DNA of 64,000 nt from an uncultured Planctomycetaceae bacterium (GTDB taxonomy: Bacteria; Planctomycetota; Planctomycetia; Pirellulales; PALSA-1355): positions 192,001-256,000 of the forward strand of contig CAWAUV010000007.1 in assembly GCA_963785305.1 (NCBI GenBank), in the 5' to 3' direction. Both the position numbers and the translations under genes were made by a program. The notes under the pieces are model-generated. The model was not told the origin of the DNA. It searched no databases and saw nothing but the letters and a program-made list of their open reading frames with translations. Positions 9,629 to 19,984 of this stretch are shown here, in pieces (position 1 is the stretch's first letter; each line of letters starts with the position of its first letter).

Positions 9629-9748
9629 GTGCGAACCCTCCAGAGGACTCAAATCAGTAGACTACTGATTTGGCTTCGGGACTTTAGGCCGCACTGCCGA
9701 CCATCGGCAGGTAATCTAACGCTTGATTTCGGCAGGACTTAACAAAAG

Positions 9749-9822
9749 CGAGGGTGGGGGGACTCGAACCCCTGACCTCTAGCGTGACAGGCTAGCGCTC
9801 TAACCGACTGAGCTACACCCCC
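9749..9822 (-). tRNA. tRNA-Asp(GTC)
   Basis: GGGGGTGTAGCTCAGTCGGTTAGAGCGCTAGCCTGTCACGCTAG...GGTTCGAGTCC cloverleaf, anticodon GTC, CCA not encoded. Confidence 0.96.
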
Positions 9823-10127
9823 GGATTCGAGCCTCAAGCGCGATCGCCGGAAACTCGCTTGGAAAAACGAAGCATCCGCCGAGCGATCCCTTGGATCGAA
9901 GCCTTGAATTATAGTCCGAAGCTCGGGCCTCGCAAGCCCCGGCCGTTTCGCGCATTTCGCGGCGAGCCCAGGGCCGACTTGGCGCGTTTGGCACGGCAAA
10001 TCCGACGATTCGGCTCTTCCGCTGCCAAGGGCATTGTTCGACGAAAAATCGCGTTTTGGGCAGCGTGTGCTCTCACTGACGCTTCGGGTTGCGATGCGGA
10101 TGGCATTCGGCCGTAGCCCGACGCGTC

Positions 10128-10279
10128 AGCAGCCTGTTGAAATATTCAACAGGCTGCTCCGCCGCATGGATGCGGCGCCAAAATAACGACCTAAGTCGTT
10201 ATTTTGCGAGCCGCGACGAGCTTTGCTCGGCGCTTGGCGAGGTTGAAAAATGCCACGATGGCATTTTTCAACAGGCTGT
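10128..10279 (+). repeat. MITE-like triple-hairpin repeat, copy 1
   Basis: AGCAGCCTGTTGAA-ata-TTCAACAGGCTGCT hairpin plus two further hairpins; homologous copies at 43570, 43809 and 45711. Confidence 0.75.
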
Positions 10280-10461
10280 CAGCGAGGGATTCCGCGATCC
10301 GCCCAGAGCACAACGCGTCGTGACCGCGGCCCGCGCTTACAAGCGGAACAGCCGACGATTTGGGCGTCTCGGGCGATGAACATCGAGATTCGCCGCGGGC
10401 GCCGATTCGCCGCCGCGGGGTTCCCGGCCGGTCCGCCGTGGTGCGCGAGCCCGGCAGCCGC

Positions 10462-11247
10462 TCAGCCGCCGAATTCCGGGCGGCGGCGGCCGAGTTGGCA
10501 CTGCAAGCGCTGCACGATCGAGCTGTGCATCTGGCTCACGCGGCTTTCACTCAGGTCGAGCGTGGCGCCGATCTCTTTCATCGTCAGCTCTTCGTAGTAG
10601 TAGAGAATGATGATCAGCCGCTCGTTGCGATTGAGGCCCTTGGTCACGAGGCGCATCAGGTCGTTTTTCTGAATCCGTCGGGTCGGGTCCTCGCCCTTTT
10701 TATCTTCCAGGATATCGATCTCGCGCACATCCTTGTAGCTGTCGGTCTCGTACCATTTCTTGTTGAGGCTGATCAGGTTGACGGCGTTGGCCTCGATGAC
10801 CATCTTCTCGAGCTCGGCCACCGAGATGCCCATGTGCTCCGAGAGCTCGCCTTCGGTGGGCGCCCGGCCGGTTTTGGCTTCGAGCGTTTTTACCGCTTCG
10901 TTGAGCTTGCTGGCTTTGGAGCGCACCAGGCGGGGCACCCAGTCCATGGTGCGAAGCTCGTCGAGCATGGCGCCGCGGATGCGGGGCACGCAGTAGGTTT
11001 CGAACTTCACGCCGCGCGAGAGGTCAAACGCGTCGATGGCGTCCATCAGGCCGAACACGCCGGCCGACACCAAATCGTCGAGTTCGACGCCCTCGGGCAA
11101 TCGGCTCCAGATGCGCTCGCCGTTGTATTTGACGAGCGGGAGATACATTTCCACCAGCCGATTGCGCAGTTCCTGGCTGTCGGGATTAGCCTTGAACGCG
11201 TGCCAGATCTGAGTGACCTCGTCGGCTGCCAGAGTCGATGTCGCCAT
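10462..11247 (-). CDS. fliA: RNA polymerase sigma-28 factor (FliA/WhiG family)
   Basis: DDLVSAGVFGLMDAIDAFD, KFETYCVPRIRGAMLDELR, EIGATLDLSESRVSQ motifs. Confidence 0.95.
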   Translation of the reverse strand: MATSTLAADEVTQIWHAFKANPDSQELRNRLVEMYLPLVKYNGERIWSRLPEGVELDDLVSAGVFGLMDAIDAFDLSRGVKFETYCVPRIRGAMLDELRTMDWVPRLVRSKASKLNEAVKTLEAKTGRAPTEGELSEHMGISVAELEKMVIEANAVNLISLNKKWYETDSYKDVREIDILEDKKGEDPTRRIQKNDLMRLVTKGLNRNERLIIILYYYEELTMKEIGATLDLSESRVSQMHSSIVQRLQCQLGRRRPEFGG

Positions 11248-11356
11248 TCATTCCTCCGTGAATCGTTCGCGGTTGTTGCCGCTAGTCGAGATCCATCTCT
11301 ACTTTTGCGCCAAGCGACGTCGCCAAGCGAGCGTCGGTTTGGCTCGGGCCGGCCGA

Positions 11357-11638
11357 TCATGTCTTCGTGACGGCTTCGGCGGCCTTTCGATTTTCCGCTT
11401 GCCGGGCCACGGCTTGTGCAGCCGCGCCGCCGCGCACCGACTCCTCGACGATGCGGTCCGCCATCGCGCCGACGACATAGCCGGCAAGCGCGAAGGCAAA
11501 CAACATCAGCGAGGCTTGCCCAAGCGTGGCGTCGACGCCCGCCGAACGAATCATGCCTCGCGCGATCGCGATTGCGAAGGCGACCAGGCCCAACACGCCA
11601 GCATAGTCACGCGCCACCGGGGCGATCCTCGCAGCCAC
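11357..11638 (-). CDS. Small membrane protein in the flagellar operon
   Basis: Two hydrophobic segments; co-oriented between flhG and fliA. Confidence 0.6.
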   Translation of the reverse strand: MAARIAPVARDYAGVLGLVAFAIAIARGMIRSAGVDATLGQASLMLFAFALAGYVVGAMADRIVEESVRGGAAAQAVARQAENRKAAEAVTKT

Positions 11639-11855
11639 AAAGTCGAGTTAACCGGCAAACTCCGCCGCTCGGCTATCGAGCGGGGGCGTCCTGTCTTATC
11701 GACCAAAGGGCTGCTCGGGGTTGAATCAATCTTTTCGAGTACTCCGCGCGGTTCTGTTTGTTTGGAAGTTCGTTGTTCTTGAAAGTGTTCCCGTGTTCGT
11801 TTTCGCGACGCCAGTCCGCTCCGCGAGGCAACGCAAGGCGCCTCGAAGCAAGGTT

Positions 11856-12702
11856 TCACGCGGCTTGCCGTCCGGAGCGGGGTCTCGAGCCGCGGAGCCG
11901 GGTCCACATCGCGTCGGCCCAACGTTCGAGTTGTTCGGCGCTCGCGCCGCCGGTCGTGGGCCAGAGAAACGAGCGGCCGGCGCTCGTGGCGGCCTTGATC
12001 GCGGGGTCGGCCTCGAGGCACAACGGCTCCGAGAGCGCGAGCCCCAAGAACTTGCGGCACGCGCCCGCGATGCGAGCATGGGCATCGGTTGCTTCCGACC
12101 CAGTGGCGCCGTTGATCGCCACGCTCACGGTCGCCTCGGTGGCGCCGGCCAAGAGCATTTTGATCGCGGCATAGGATTCCATCACCGCCTCGGCGTCGGC
12201 CGCGGCCACGAGCAGCACCAGATCGGACGCCTGCCAAAAGCGGCGCACGAACGCATTGCGGCGCTGCCCAGGTCGAGCACCACCACGTCGGCATGCAGGC
12301 CCAAATGTTGCAGTTCCCCGAGAAAGCGGGTTTGCGCGGCGGGCGAGGAGTCGGGAAATTCACCGGGGGCCCAAGCGCCGCCCAGCATTTGAATACCGGC
12401 TGGTCCGCCATCGAGCGCTTCATGAATCGAAAGTCGGCCGGCGAGCACATCGGCCAGCGAGCCGCGTTCGCTGCCGCGACGCCAAGGGCCCATGCCGCCG
12501 CGATCGAGATCGCTATCAACCCACACCGCGCGATTGCCCAGGCGCGCCAGCGCCACGGCGAGGTTGAATGCAATGGTCGAAGCGCCGACGCCGCCCTTGC
12601 CACCACTGACCGCAATGATCCGCGGCGCCGGCCGGCCGGTGGCCGCCGGCGCATGAATCCGCGCGCGAGCGCTCGGAGTTCGTCTGCTTGATCGTGTGCC
12701 AT
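11856..12702 (-). CDS. flhG: MinD/FlhG (FleN)-like ATPase, frameshifted in this assembly
   Basis: Pieces in three frames; GGKGGVG-type P-loop near 12600 and DVVVLDLG; follows flhF. Confidence 0.7.
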
Positions 12703-12874
12703 ACGGCTATCCGCGCATTCGTTGGAAGGGGCGCCCTTGGTCCGACTTCCAGAAGCCGGACCGAGGTCGTGGTGATGTTGATTTATGCGTCTCGGTCGTC
12801 ATGAATCTCGGCCCTCGATCTCCCGCGATCTCCCGCCCGCCGCGTCGCCAACCGGCGCGCTCCCGCGCGGAGCG

Positions 12875-14211
12875 TCATTCGATACCCACCATTCGCCGGG
12901 CCAAGGCGCCCGAGTCGGCGGCGGCGATATCATCGGGCACATTTTGGCCCACGGTCACATAACTGATCGGCAACCCGCTGGTGCGCACCAGCGGCAGCAG
13001 CGCGCCGAGGCTCTTGGCTTCGTCGAGCTTCGTGAGCACCAAGGCCGTGGCGCCCGCGGCGACAAAGCTCTCGGCGGTTTGTTTTTGACTCGCGATATTG
13101 GCAGTGCTGCTAAGCACCAAATGCACTTCGTCGGGCCGCGCTTCGGCGAGCATCGCGCGCAGTTCGTCGATCTGGCGATCATCGCGCGCGCTGCGTCCGG
13201 CGGTGTCGAGCAAAATGAGGTCCATCGAGGCGAGCCTCGCCACCGCGTCGCGCATTTCGGCGGGCGTCGAGACCACTTCCATCGGCAGGTCCATGATGCC
13301 GGCATAGGCGCCAAGTTGTTCCACGGCGGCGATGCGATAGGTGTCGACCGTGATCAGTCCGACGCGCCGCTTTTGCCGCAAGCGATAGTGCGCGGCGAGC
13401 TTGGCGATGGTGGTCGTCTTGCCGACTCCGGTCGGGCCGACCAGCGCCACCAGCCGCCGCCGGCCTTCGGTCAACCGAATGGTTCCCGCGATCGGGATCT
13501 CGGCCGCCACAAGCCCGGCGACACGATGCCTGAGCGCGGCGATGTCGTCGCGGTCGGCAAGGTCGCTCGCGGTGCGCAGCCGGTCGATCAGTTCGCGAGC
13601 CGCGCTCTCGGCCATGTCGGCGTCGAGGAGCTCGGCGTAGACACGGTACAAGCTCTCCGAAAGATCGCTGGCCGAGCTCGATCCCCGACGGCACAGGTCC
13701 GTCACCATCGTTTGCAGATCGGTGAGTTGCGATTGCATGCGGCGAGTGAGCACCGCCGGCTCGGGGCCGGCAAGGTCGAGCCCCGAGTCGCTATCCTCGG
13801 CCGTGGGCACGAAATGAGCGCGCGGCGCGGCCAAGGAAGCGGCGCGCCGCGGCGGCATCGTGGGCTCGGCGAGCCCGCTCCCGGAAGCGGTTTGATACGC
13901 GGCCACGGGATCGAGGGCGCTTCGGTCGGACATGCTTCGCGCGGCAACGCTTCCATCGCCGACGCCGCGCTCGAAGCCGACCCGATCGACTGGCCGCGCC
14001 GGGGCGCGGGCGGGGTCGAGCGGCGCAATCGACTGGGCGCCTCGATCACGTTCGAAGCCGTGACTTCGATCAGCCTCGCGCCGCCGAGCCAGCCTCGCAA
14101 GCCATCGCGCACCTCGCGAGTGCGGAGCACCGAGGCTTCGCTACCCAGCTCGCGGCGCACCAGCGCAAGCGCTTCCGGCAACGATCGGGCACGAAAAGTT
14201 CTTATATCCAT
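12875..14211 (-). CDS. flhF: Flagellar biosynthesis GTPase FlhF, frameshift near 13930
   Basis: N-terminus MDIRTFRARSLPEALALVRRELG; GPTGVGKTTT, DTYRIAA, DTAGR, TKLDE, GQNVPDD. Confidence 0.92.
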
Positions 14212-14276
14212 CGAGCAGCTTTCACATCGAATAGTCGCTGAAATGCAATCGTGCTAAGGGCAAATCCTTCGGCGGT

Positions 14277-16370
14277 TCATTTCACGTCCGACACCACCGC
14301 CACCGCTTCGATCCGTGTGTCGCGCGTCACTTCGTTGTAGCTCAGCACCACCAGCCGCGGCAGTTGCGAGCTCGTCATTTGCTTGAGGCCCGGACGAATT
14401 TGCGGGCTCACGAGCACGATGCCCGGCCGTCCGGCGTTCGAGAGTTTTTCCGCGTCGGCGGCGATCAACCTGCACGTGGCCTCGATCGCGGGCGGCGACA
14501 TGCGCACGAACAGGCCGCGCTCGTTGTGTTCCAGGCCCGCCCGAATGCGATCCTCGAGCGCCGGATCGAGCGTGACCACATGCAAGCGATTGTCCTTGCC
14601 GCGATAGCGGGTGCAGATCGCGCGGGCCAGCCGATGGCGAACGTATTCCGTGAGCAGCACCGGATCTTTCGTGCGCGGGGCATATTCGCCGAGCGTTTCC
14701 AAGATCGGGGCGAGTTGCCGAATCGATACTTGCTCGCGGAGCAGGTTTTGCAGAATCTGTTGCACTTCCACCAGTTTCATCTGGCTCGGAATCAGTTCAT
14801 CGACCACGGCGGGCGACGACTTCTTGATCTCGTCGATCAGATGCTTGGTGGCGTCGCGCGTGAGGATTTCGTCGGCGTGGCGTCGCACGACTTCCGTCAG
14901 ATGCGTCGCCAACACGCTTGCCGGCTCGACCACCGTGTAACCGAAAAGCTCCGCCTGATCGCGCACACCGGGCTCGATCCACACGGCCGGCGTGTTGAAG
15001 GCCGGCTCGCGCGTGGCGATGCCCTTGACGCGGCCGGTCGTGGCGCTCGATTCCATGGCCAAGAGCAAGTTCGGATGCACCACGCCTTCGGCCACGACCA
15101 TGTCGGCGATCTTGATGCGGTACTGGGTTTGCTCGAGCCGCATATTGTCGCGAATGCGCACCTTGGGCATGATGAGCCCCATGTCGCTGGCGATATTTTG
15201 TCGCACGCGCTGTACCCGTTCGAGCAGATCGCCACCGCGCTTCGGATCGGCCAGGCGAATCAGGCCCACCCCGATCTCGACTTCCATCGGGTCAACCGCC
15301 AGATAGTCCTCGATGCGTTCGTCGGGCGCTTTCTTGGTTTCGACCTTGGATTTGGCCGCCGCTTGCGTCGTGGCCGCGGCTTCGCGCCGCGTGAGCATCA
15401 CGGAGAGCGCGACGCAGCCGCCGGCGATCGTGAGCAGCGGAGTCTTCGGCAGACTCGTGAAGATGAGAATTCCGAGAAAGCCGCCGGTCACGGCCAACGT
15501 GCGCGGACGCGAAAACAGTTGGTTGACCACTTGCGCCGGCAGATTCGTGTCGCCGCTGCTGCGGGTCACCAGCAAACCGGCCGCGAGCGAGATCAGAAAA
15601 GCGGGCACCTGGCTCACGAGGCCATCGCCGATGGTGAGCTTGGTGAAGAGCGCCGCGGCCTGGCCGATGTCCATTCCGGCGTCGACCACGCCGATCACGA
15701 GTCCGCCGATGATGTTGATGAGCGTGATGATGATGCCGGCGATCGCGTCGCCGCGGACGAACTTGCTGGCGCCGTCCATGGCGCCGAAGAAGTCGGCCTG
15801 CTGCGAGATTTCGGTTCGGCGGCGTTGGGCTTCGCGCTCGTCGATGATGCCGGCGTTGAGATCGGCGTCGACCGCCATCTGCCGGCCCGGCATGCCGTCC
15901 AAGGCAAACCGCGCGGCGACTTCGCTGATGCGCGTGGCGCCCTTGGTGATCACCACGAACTGGATCACGACGATGATGACGAAGATGATGATTCCGACGA
16001 CGATCTTATCGCCCGCGACGAATTCGCCGAAGCTTCGCACCACGCCTCCGGCCGCGAGCATGCCTTGCCGCTCGGCGTGGGTGAGAATCAGCCGGGTCGT
16101 GGCCACGTTGAGCACCAGCCGCCCGAGGGTGGTGGCCAAAAGGAGCGAGGGAAAAATGCTGAACTCGAGCGGCGTGCGCACATAGATCGTGGTCAAGAGC
16201 ACGATGACCGACAAACTAACGTTGCACGCCAAAAGCACGTCCATGACCGGCGTGGGCAGCGGCACCAGAATCACCAGCACGCTGGCGATCATGGCCACTG
16301 GAAACACGAGGTCTTGAAGACGCGCGAACGGTCGTCGAGCGGAGGCAGCTATAGCGCCTGCAGCCATCAC
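14277..16370 (-). CDS. flhA: Flagellar export protein FlhA
   Basis: FHIPEP motifs RISEVAARFALDGMPGRQMAVDADLNAG, FFGAMDGASKFVRGDAIAG. Confidence 0.96.
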   Translation of the reverse strand: MMAAGAIAASARRPFARLQDLVFPVAMIASVLVILVPLPTPVMDVLLACNVSLSVIVLLTTIYVRTPLEFSIFPSLLLATTLGRLVLNVATTRLILTHAERQGMLAAGGVVRSFGEFVAGDKIVVGIIIFVIIVVIQFVVITKGATRISEVAARFALDGMPGRQMAVDADLNAGIIDEREAQRRRTEISQQADFFGAMDGASKFVRGDAIAGIIITLINIIGGLVIGVVDAGMDIGQAAALFTKLTIGDGLVSQVPAFLISLAAGLLVTRSSGDTNLPAQVVNQLFSRPRTLAVTGGFLGILIFTSLPKTPLLTIAGGCVALSVMLTRREAAATTQAAAKSKVETKKAPDERIEDYLAVDPMEVEIGVGLIRLADPKRGGDLLERVQRVRQNIASDMGLIMPKVRIRDNMRLEQTQYRIKIADMVVAEGVVHPNLLLAMESSATTGRVKGIATREPAFNTPAVWIEPGVRDQAELFGYTVVEPASVLATHLTEVVRRHADEILTRDATKHLIDEIKKSSPAVVDELIPSQMKLVEVQQILQNLLREQVSIRQLAPILETLGEYAPRTKDPVLLTEYVRHRLARAICTRYRGKDNRLHVVTLDPALEDRIRAGLEHNERGLFVRMSPPAIEATCRLIAADAEKLSNAGRPGIVLVSPQIRPGLKQMTSSQLPRLVVLSYNEVTRDTRIEAVAVVSDVK

Positions 16371-16775
16371 AGCTCCCGAAAAATCGAATAAATGTCAGAA
16401 CGACAGGGACTTGTCGCGATTCGCCGTCAGCAGCGCCGCTGGTTTCCGGCGCCGGATTGCCATCGGCGACTCCCGCCGAGATGAGGGGCGGAAATTAGTG
16501 CAAACCCCCGCCAATGTCCAGTCCGGTTTCGGGGGGCGCCTCCCCGATCGCCCCGCGGCGGAGCAAGCCGCTGGAATCGCCGGCGGCGCCGCCGCCGGGC
16601 GGGCTCGCCCGCGTGCCACGAATCGGGCTTTTTTCGCCGGGCAAATCGTCTCGCGCCGCTCGCTCGCCGCCGCCGGAACTGATATATTGACAGCGCGGTT
16701 CGAGCGGTCGACTCCGCGCCGAGACGTTCGGCGACTTGTATTTGGCGCCGGCAATCGCTCGCGCCGCCAGCAGCC

Positions 16776-17978
16776 ATGAACGATAGCATTCCAAAGGCCG
16801 ATTCCGTCGTGACCAACACGGTAGTCGCTATTCCACTTGCCGGTCCGCTGGCCGGCTCCGAGCGCATCGGCGCCAAGGCCGATTCGCGGCGCCGCGCCCC
16901 GTTTTTCGCCGGACCGGAAAACCGCTTGACCCAAGTGGCGCTTGACGAAGTGCTCGGTCGGCAGTCGACGATGCACAGCCCGCTGGTGCTTCATGGCCCG
17001 GCCGCCGCCGGCAAGAGCCATCTGGTCGTGGGGCTGGCCCAGTGGTGGCGCCAGCATCGCAAGGGCGAGAGTGTCGTGCTCTTGGGCGGGCGGCAGTTCG
17101 TGGAACAGGTCGCGGCCGCGACCGATATTCATGACCAATTGTCGTGGCGCGAGCAGTGCCGCGGCGCGAGCTTGTTCGTGCTCGACGATCTCGCGCCGCT
17201 CGCCGGCCGCCGCGCGGCACAGCATGAGCTCTGCCGCATTCTCGATTGTCTGGATCTCTCCGGCGGTCTTGCCATCGTGACCTCCCGCACTCCGCCCGGA
17301 AACATCGCCGGCCTGGCGCCGAGCCTCGTGAGCCGGTTGTCGGCCGGTTTGGCGGCGCCACTGGCGTTGCCGGGCGCGGCGGCGCGGCGGGCGATCGTCG
17401 AATCGCTGATCGTGGCGATGCGGCTGCCGATCTCGCGCGAAGCGGCTCACATGTTGGCCGATGGCATCGCCTCGAGCGCTTCGGCCCTGGCCCAGGCGCT
17501 CTCGGAGCTCGACGCCTCGCTGGCGCCGGGTTCGCCCCTGGGTCGCGAAGCGCCCGCGCGAGGCGACGTCGGCTCGAGGCATGCGCGTTCGACCGATGGC
17601 GATCCGACGATCGTCGTCCACGACGACGCGCCGTCGATCGATGCGCGGGCCGTGCAATCGCTGCTCAATCAATCCGCGCCGGCGGCGGCTCCCACTCCGC
17701 GAGCCGTGGCGATGCAAGTGGCCAAATATTTTCGCCTCACCCTGGCCGACTTGAAGAGTCCGGCCCGGCGCCAAGCGCTGGTGCTGGCCCGCGGGGTGGC
17801 GTTCGTGCTGATTCGTGAAATGACCGATAAGAGCCTCGAACAGATTGGGGCATATTTTGGCGGACGCGATCATTCGACCGTCCTGCACTCCTGCCGTCGG
17901 ACTGAAAAACTTGCCCAGCGCGACGCCACGGTGCGGGCGGCCATGACGGATCTCAAGCGACGACTAACGTCGGATTGA
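16776..17978 (+). CDS. dnaA: DnaA-family replication initiator (divergent, apparently lacking domain I)
   Basis: Walker A GPAAAGKSHL, LFVLDD, C-terminal SLEQIGAYFGGRDHSTVLHS; upstream of dnaN. Confidence 0.85.
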   Translation: MNDSIPKADSVVTNTVVAIPLAGPLAGSERIGAKADSRRRAPFFAGPENRLTQVALDEVLGRQSTMHSPLVLHGPAAAGKSHLVVGLAQWWRQHRKGESVVLLGGRQFVEQVAAATDIHDQLSWREQCRGASLFVLDDLAPLAGRRAAQHELCRILDCLDLSGGLAIVTSRTPPGNIAGLAPSLVSRLSAGLAAPLALPGAAARRAIVESLIVAMRLPISREAAHMLADGIASSASALAQALSELDASLAPGSPLGREAPARGDVGSRHARSTDGDPTIVVHDDAPSIDARAVQSLLNQSAPAAAPTPRAVAMQVAKYFRLTLADLKSPARRQALVLARGVAFVLIREMTDKSLEQIGAYFGGRDHSTVLHSCRRTEKLAQRDATVRAAMTDLKRRLTSD

Positions 17979-18438
17979 AAGCCCTCGGATCGAATGCCCA
18001 CGCGCCTCGGGCCGGCATATTTCCGGGCGGGGGCGGGGCAGCGGCCGGGGGTTCATGGCTGCCGTGTAAAACTTGTTAATGACTGTCGCGAAAAGTTCAT
18101 GATTCGAACCGCTATCAACACCCAGGGGCGTCGCCACTCGCCGGTCGATCAAGCATCGACGCTCGCGCGACAGCCCATCGACGCGCCGCCGACACGATAT
18201 CCACGCCAGGCGCGATGTCGGCGAGCGATGTCAAACCCCTGCCCACGTCAGGGTTAGCTCGCCGCGCGCGGCGGCCGCCGACCTCTCGCGAGCCGCCTCT
18301 TCTACCACTACTAAAAATCTTATTTAAGAACAGAAGAACCCAAGACCATCGAGTTGTTGACCAAATGCAGCTCTCGCCGGCGCCGCTTCCCCGTTAGCCG
18401 CCGCGAGGGCTTTCCGAACGAAAGGGATTGCTCTCACG

Positions 18439-19555
18439 ATGAAGATCACATGCAACCGCGAACGCCTGCTCGCCGCCTTCCAAACGGCCGCCTCGGTGGC
18501 CCCCAATCGCAGCCCCAAGCCGATCCTGCAAAATGTGAAGCTCGAGGTCGGCGACGCCGGCGCGATTCTGTTGGCCACCGATCTTGAAATCGGGGTGCGA
18601 ATCCAAGTGCCGGCCGTCGAAGTCGAAACGCCTGGCGCGGTGATCCTGCCGATCAAACGCTTCGGCGACATTCTTCGCGAAAGCGGCGACGAGCAATTGC
18701 GGCTCGAATCCGATGGCCAAGGCACGATCGTGCGCGGTCAGCGAAGCGAGTTTCGCCTCGCGGCCGAGGATCCCGCCGAGTTTCCGCCGATCGCCGCCTT
18801 TACCGAAACCAAGTTCCACGAAGCTGCCCGCCCGACTGCTCCGCGAACTCATTCGCCGCACGATCTTCGCCACCGACAATGAAAGCAGCCGCTATGCGCT
18901 CGGCGGAGTTCTGCTCGAATTCGCCGAGGACAAGATCACGGGCGTGGGCACCGACGGACGTCGGCTGGCCAAGATGGAGATCCCGGCCCGCTCCGTGGGC
19001 GGTCACCTCAGCGGCGACATGACCACGATCGTGCCCTCGCGCTCGATGCAACTGATCGAACGCGCGCTCACCGATGGCGACGCCGAGGTGCGAATCGCGG
19101 CTCGGGCGAACGAACTGATCGTCGAGAGTCCCCGGGCCACGATCTTCACCCGGCTGGTCGAAGGGCGTTTTCCCCGCTGGCGCGATGTGTTTCCGCAGCG
19201 CGAGGGTTCGACGCGCATCGAGATCACGGTCGGGCCGCTCTTGGCCGCCGTGCGTCAAGCGGCGATCGTCACCAGCGAGGAGAGCCGCGGCGTGGACTTC
19301 ACCTTCGAGTCGGGGCAGGCGCGGCTCAGCGGCCGGGCGGCTCAGATCGGCCAGTCGCGCGTCGAACTGCCCTTGGCCTATGAAGGGCCAACGATATCGA
19401 TCATGCTCGATCCGCGTTATCTGCAAGATTTCCTCAAGGTGATCGACGCGGACTCGTCGATGACGTTCGAAATCAAGGACGCAGAAAGCGCCGCCGTGTG
19501 TCGCACCGAAGATGGCTATGGATATGTCATCATGCCGCTGGCGCGAGACCAGTAA
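18439..19555 (+). CDS. dnaN: DNA polymerase III beta clamp, frameshift near 18825
   Basis: PKPILQNV, LLATDLE, SRYALGGVL, VGTDGRRLA, LVEGRFP, YVIMP in two frames. Confidence 0.95.
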
Positions 19556-19616
19556 ATCGCGGCTGCCGCTTTTTTCCTCATCGTCGCAAGTCAAGGAAGC
19601 GAGACGAACGGACCCC

Positions 19617-19919
19617 ATGACCGGCAAACCCAAACCGATCGGCAACATACTGTCGGAGCTCATGGCGCGCCGCGGATACGCGCGGGTGATCGCGGCGGGA
19701 ATCACCGCCGAAGCATGGCGCGAGGCCGCCGGAGCGGCGCTGGCCCGGCATTCGCGAGTGGGACAATCGCGCCGCGGCGTGCTCGATGTGTTGGTCGCCA
19801 ACTCGACCTTGGCCCAAGAACTTGGTTTTCAGAAGCAAGCGATCCTGGCTCGCCTGCGGAGCTTGCAGCCAGATGAAGACATTCGCGATTTGAAAGTTCG
19901 CGTCGGCCCGCTCGACTGA
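19617..19919 (+). CDS. DUF721 / DciA family protein
   Basis: AWREAAG..LARHS....GVLDVLVANSTLAQEL pattern; between dnaN and gyrB. Confidence 0.8.
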   Translation: MTGKPKPIGNILSELMARRGYARVIAAGITAEAWREAAGAALARHSRVGQSRRGVLDVLVANSTLAQELGFQKQAILARLRSLQPDEDIRDLKVRVGPLD

Positions 19920-19984
19920 GTCCGCTCACCGACGCCGCTTGCTCCCCATTCGCTACGATCCAAACCTCCAGGTACTTTGCTCCC

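Larger units (their letters stand above)
1..9748 (-). mobile_element. Prophage or phage-satellite-like element integrated at tRNA-Asp (other end outside window)
   Basis: tRNA, integrase, xis-like gene, primase/helicase, ori-like repeats, Zn-finger gene and structural-like genes are all co-oriented. Confidence 0.8.

Noticed and set aside
1..9748. Second att site (duplicated tRNA-Asp 3' end)
   Set aside because: Not found by eye within the window; presumably beyond the left edge.
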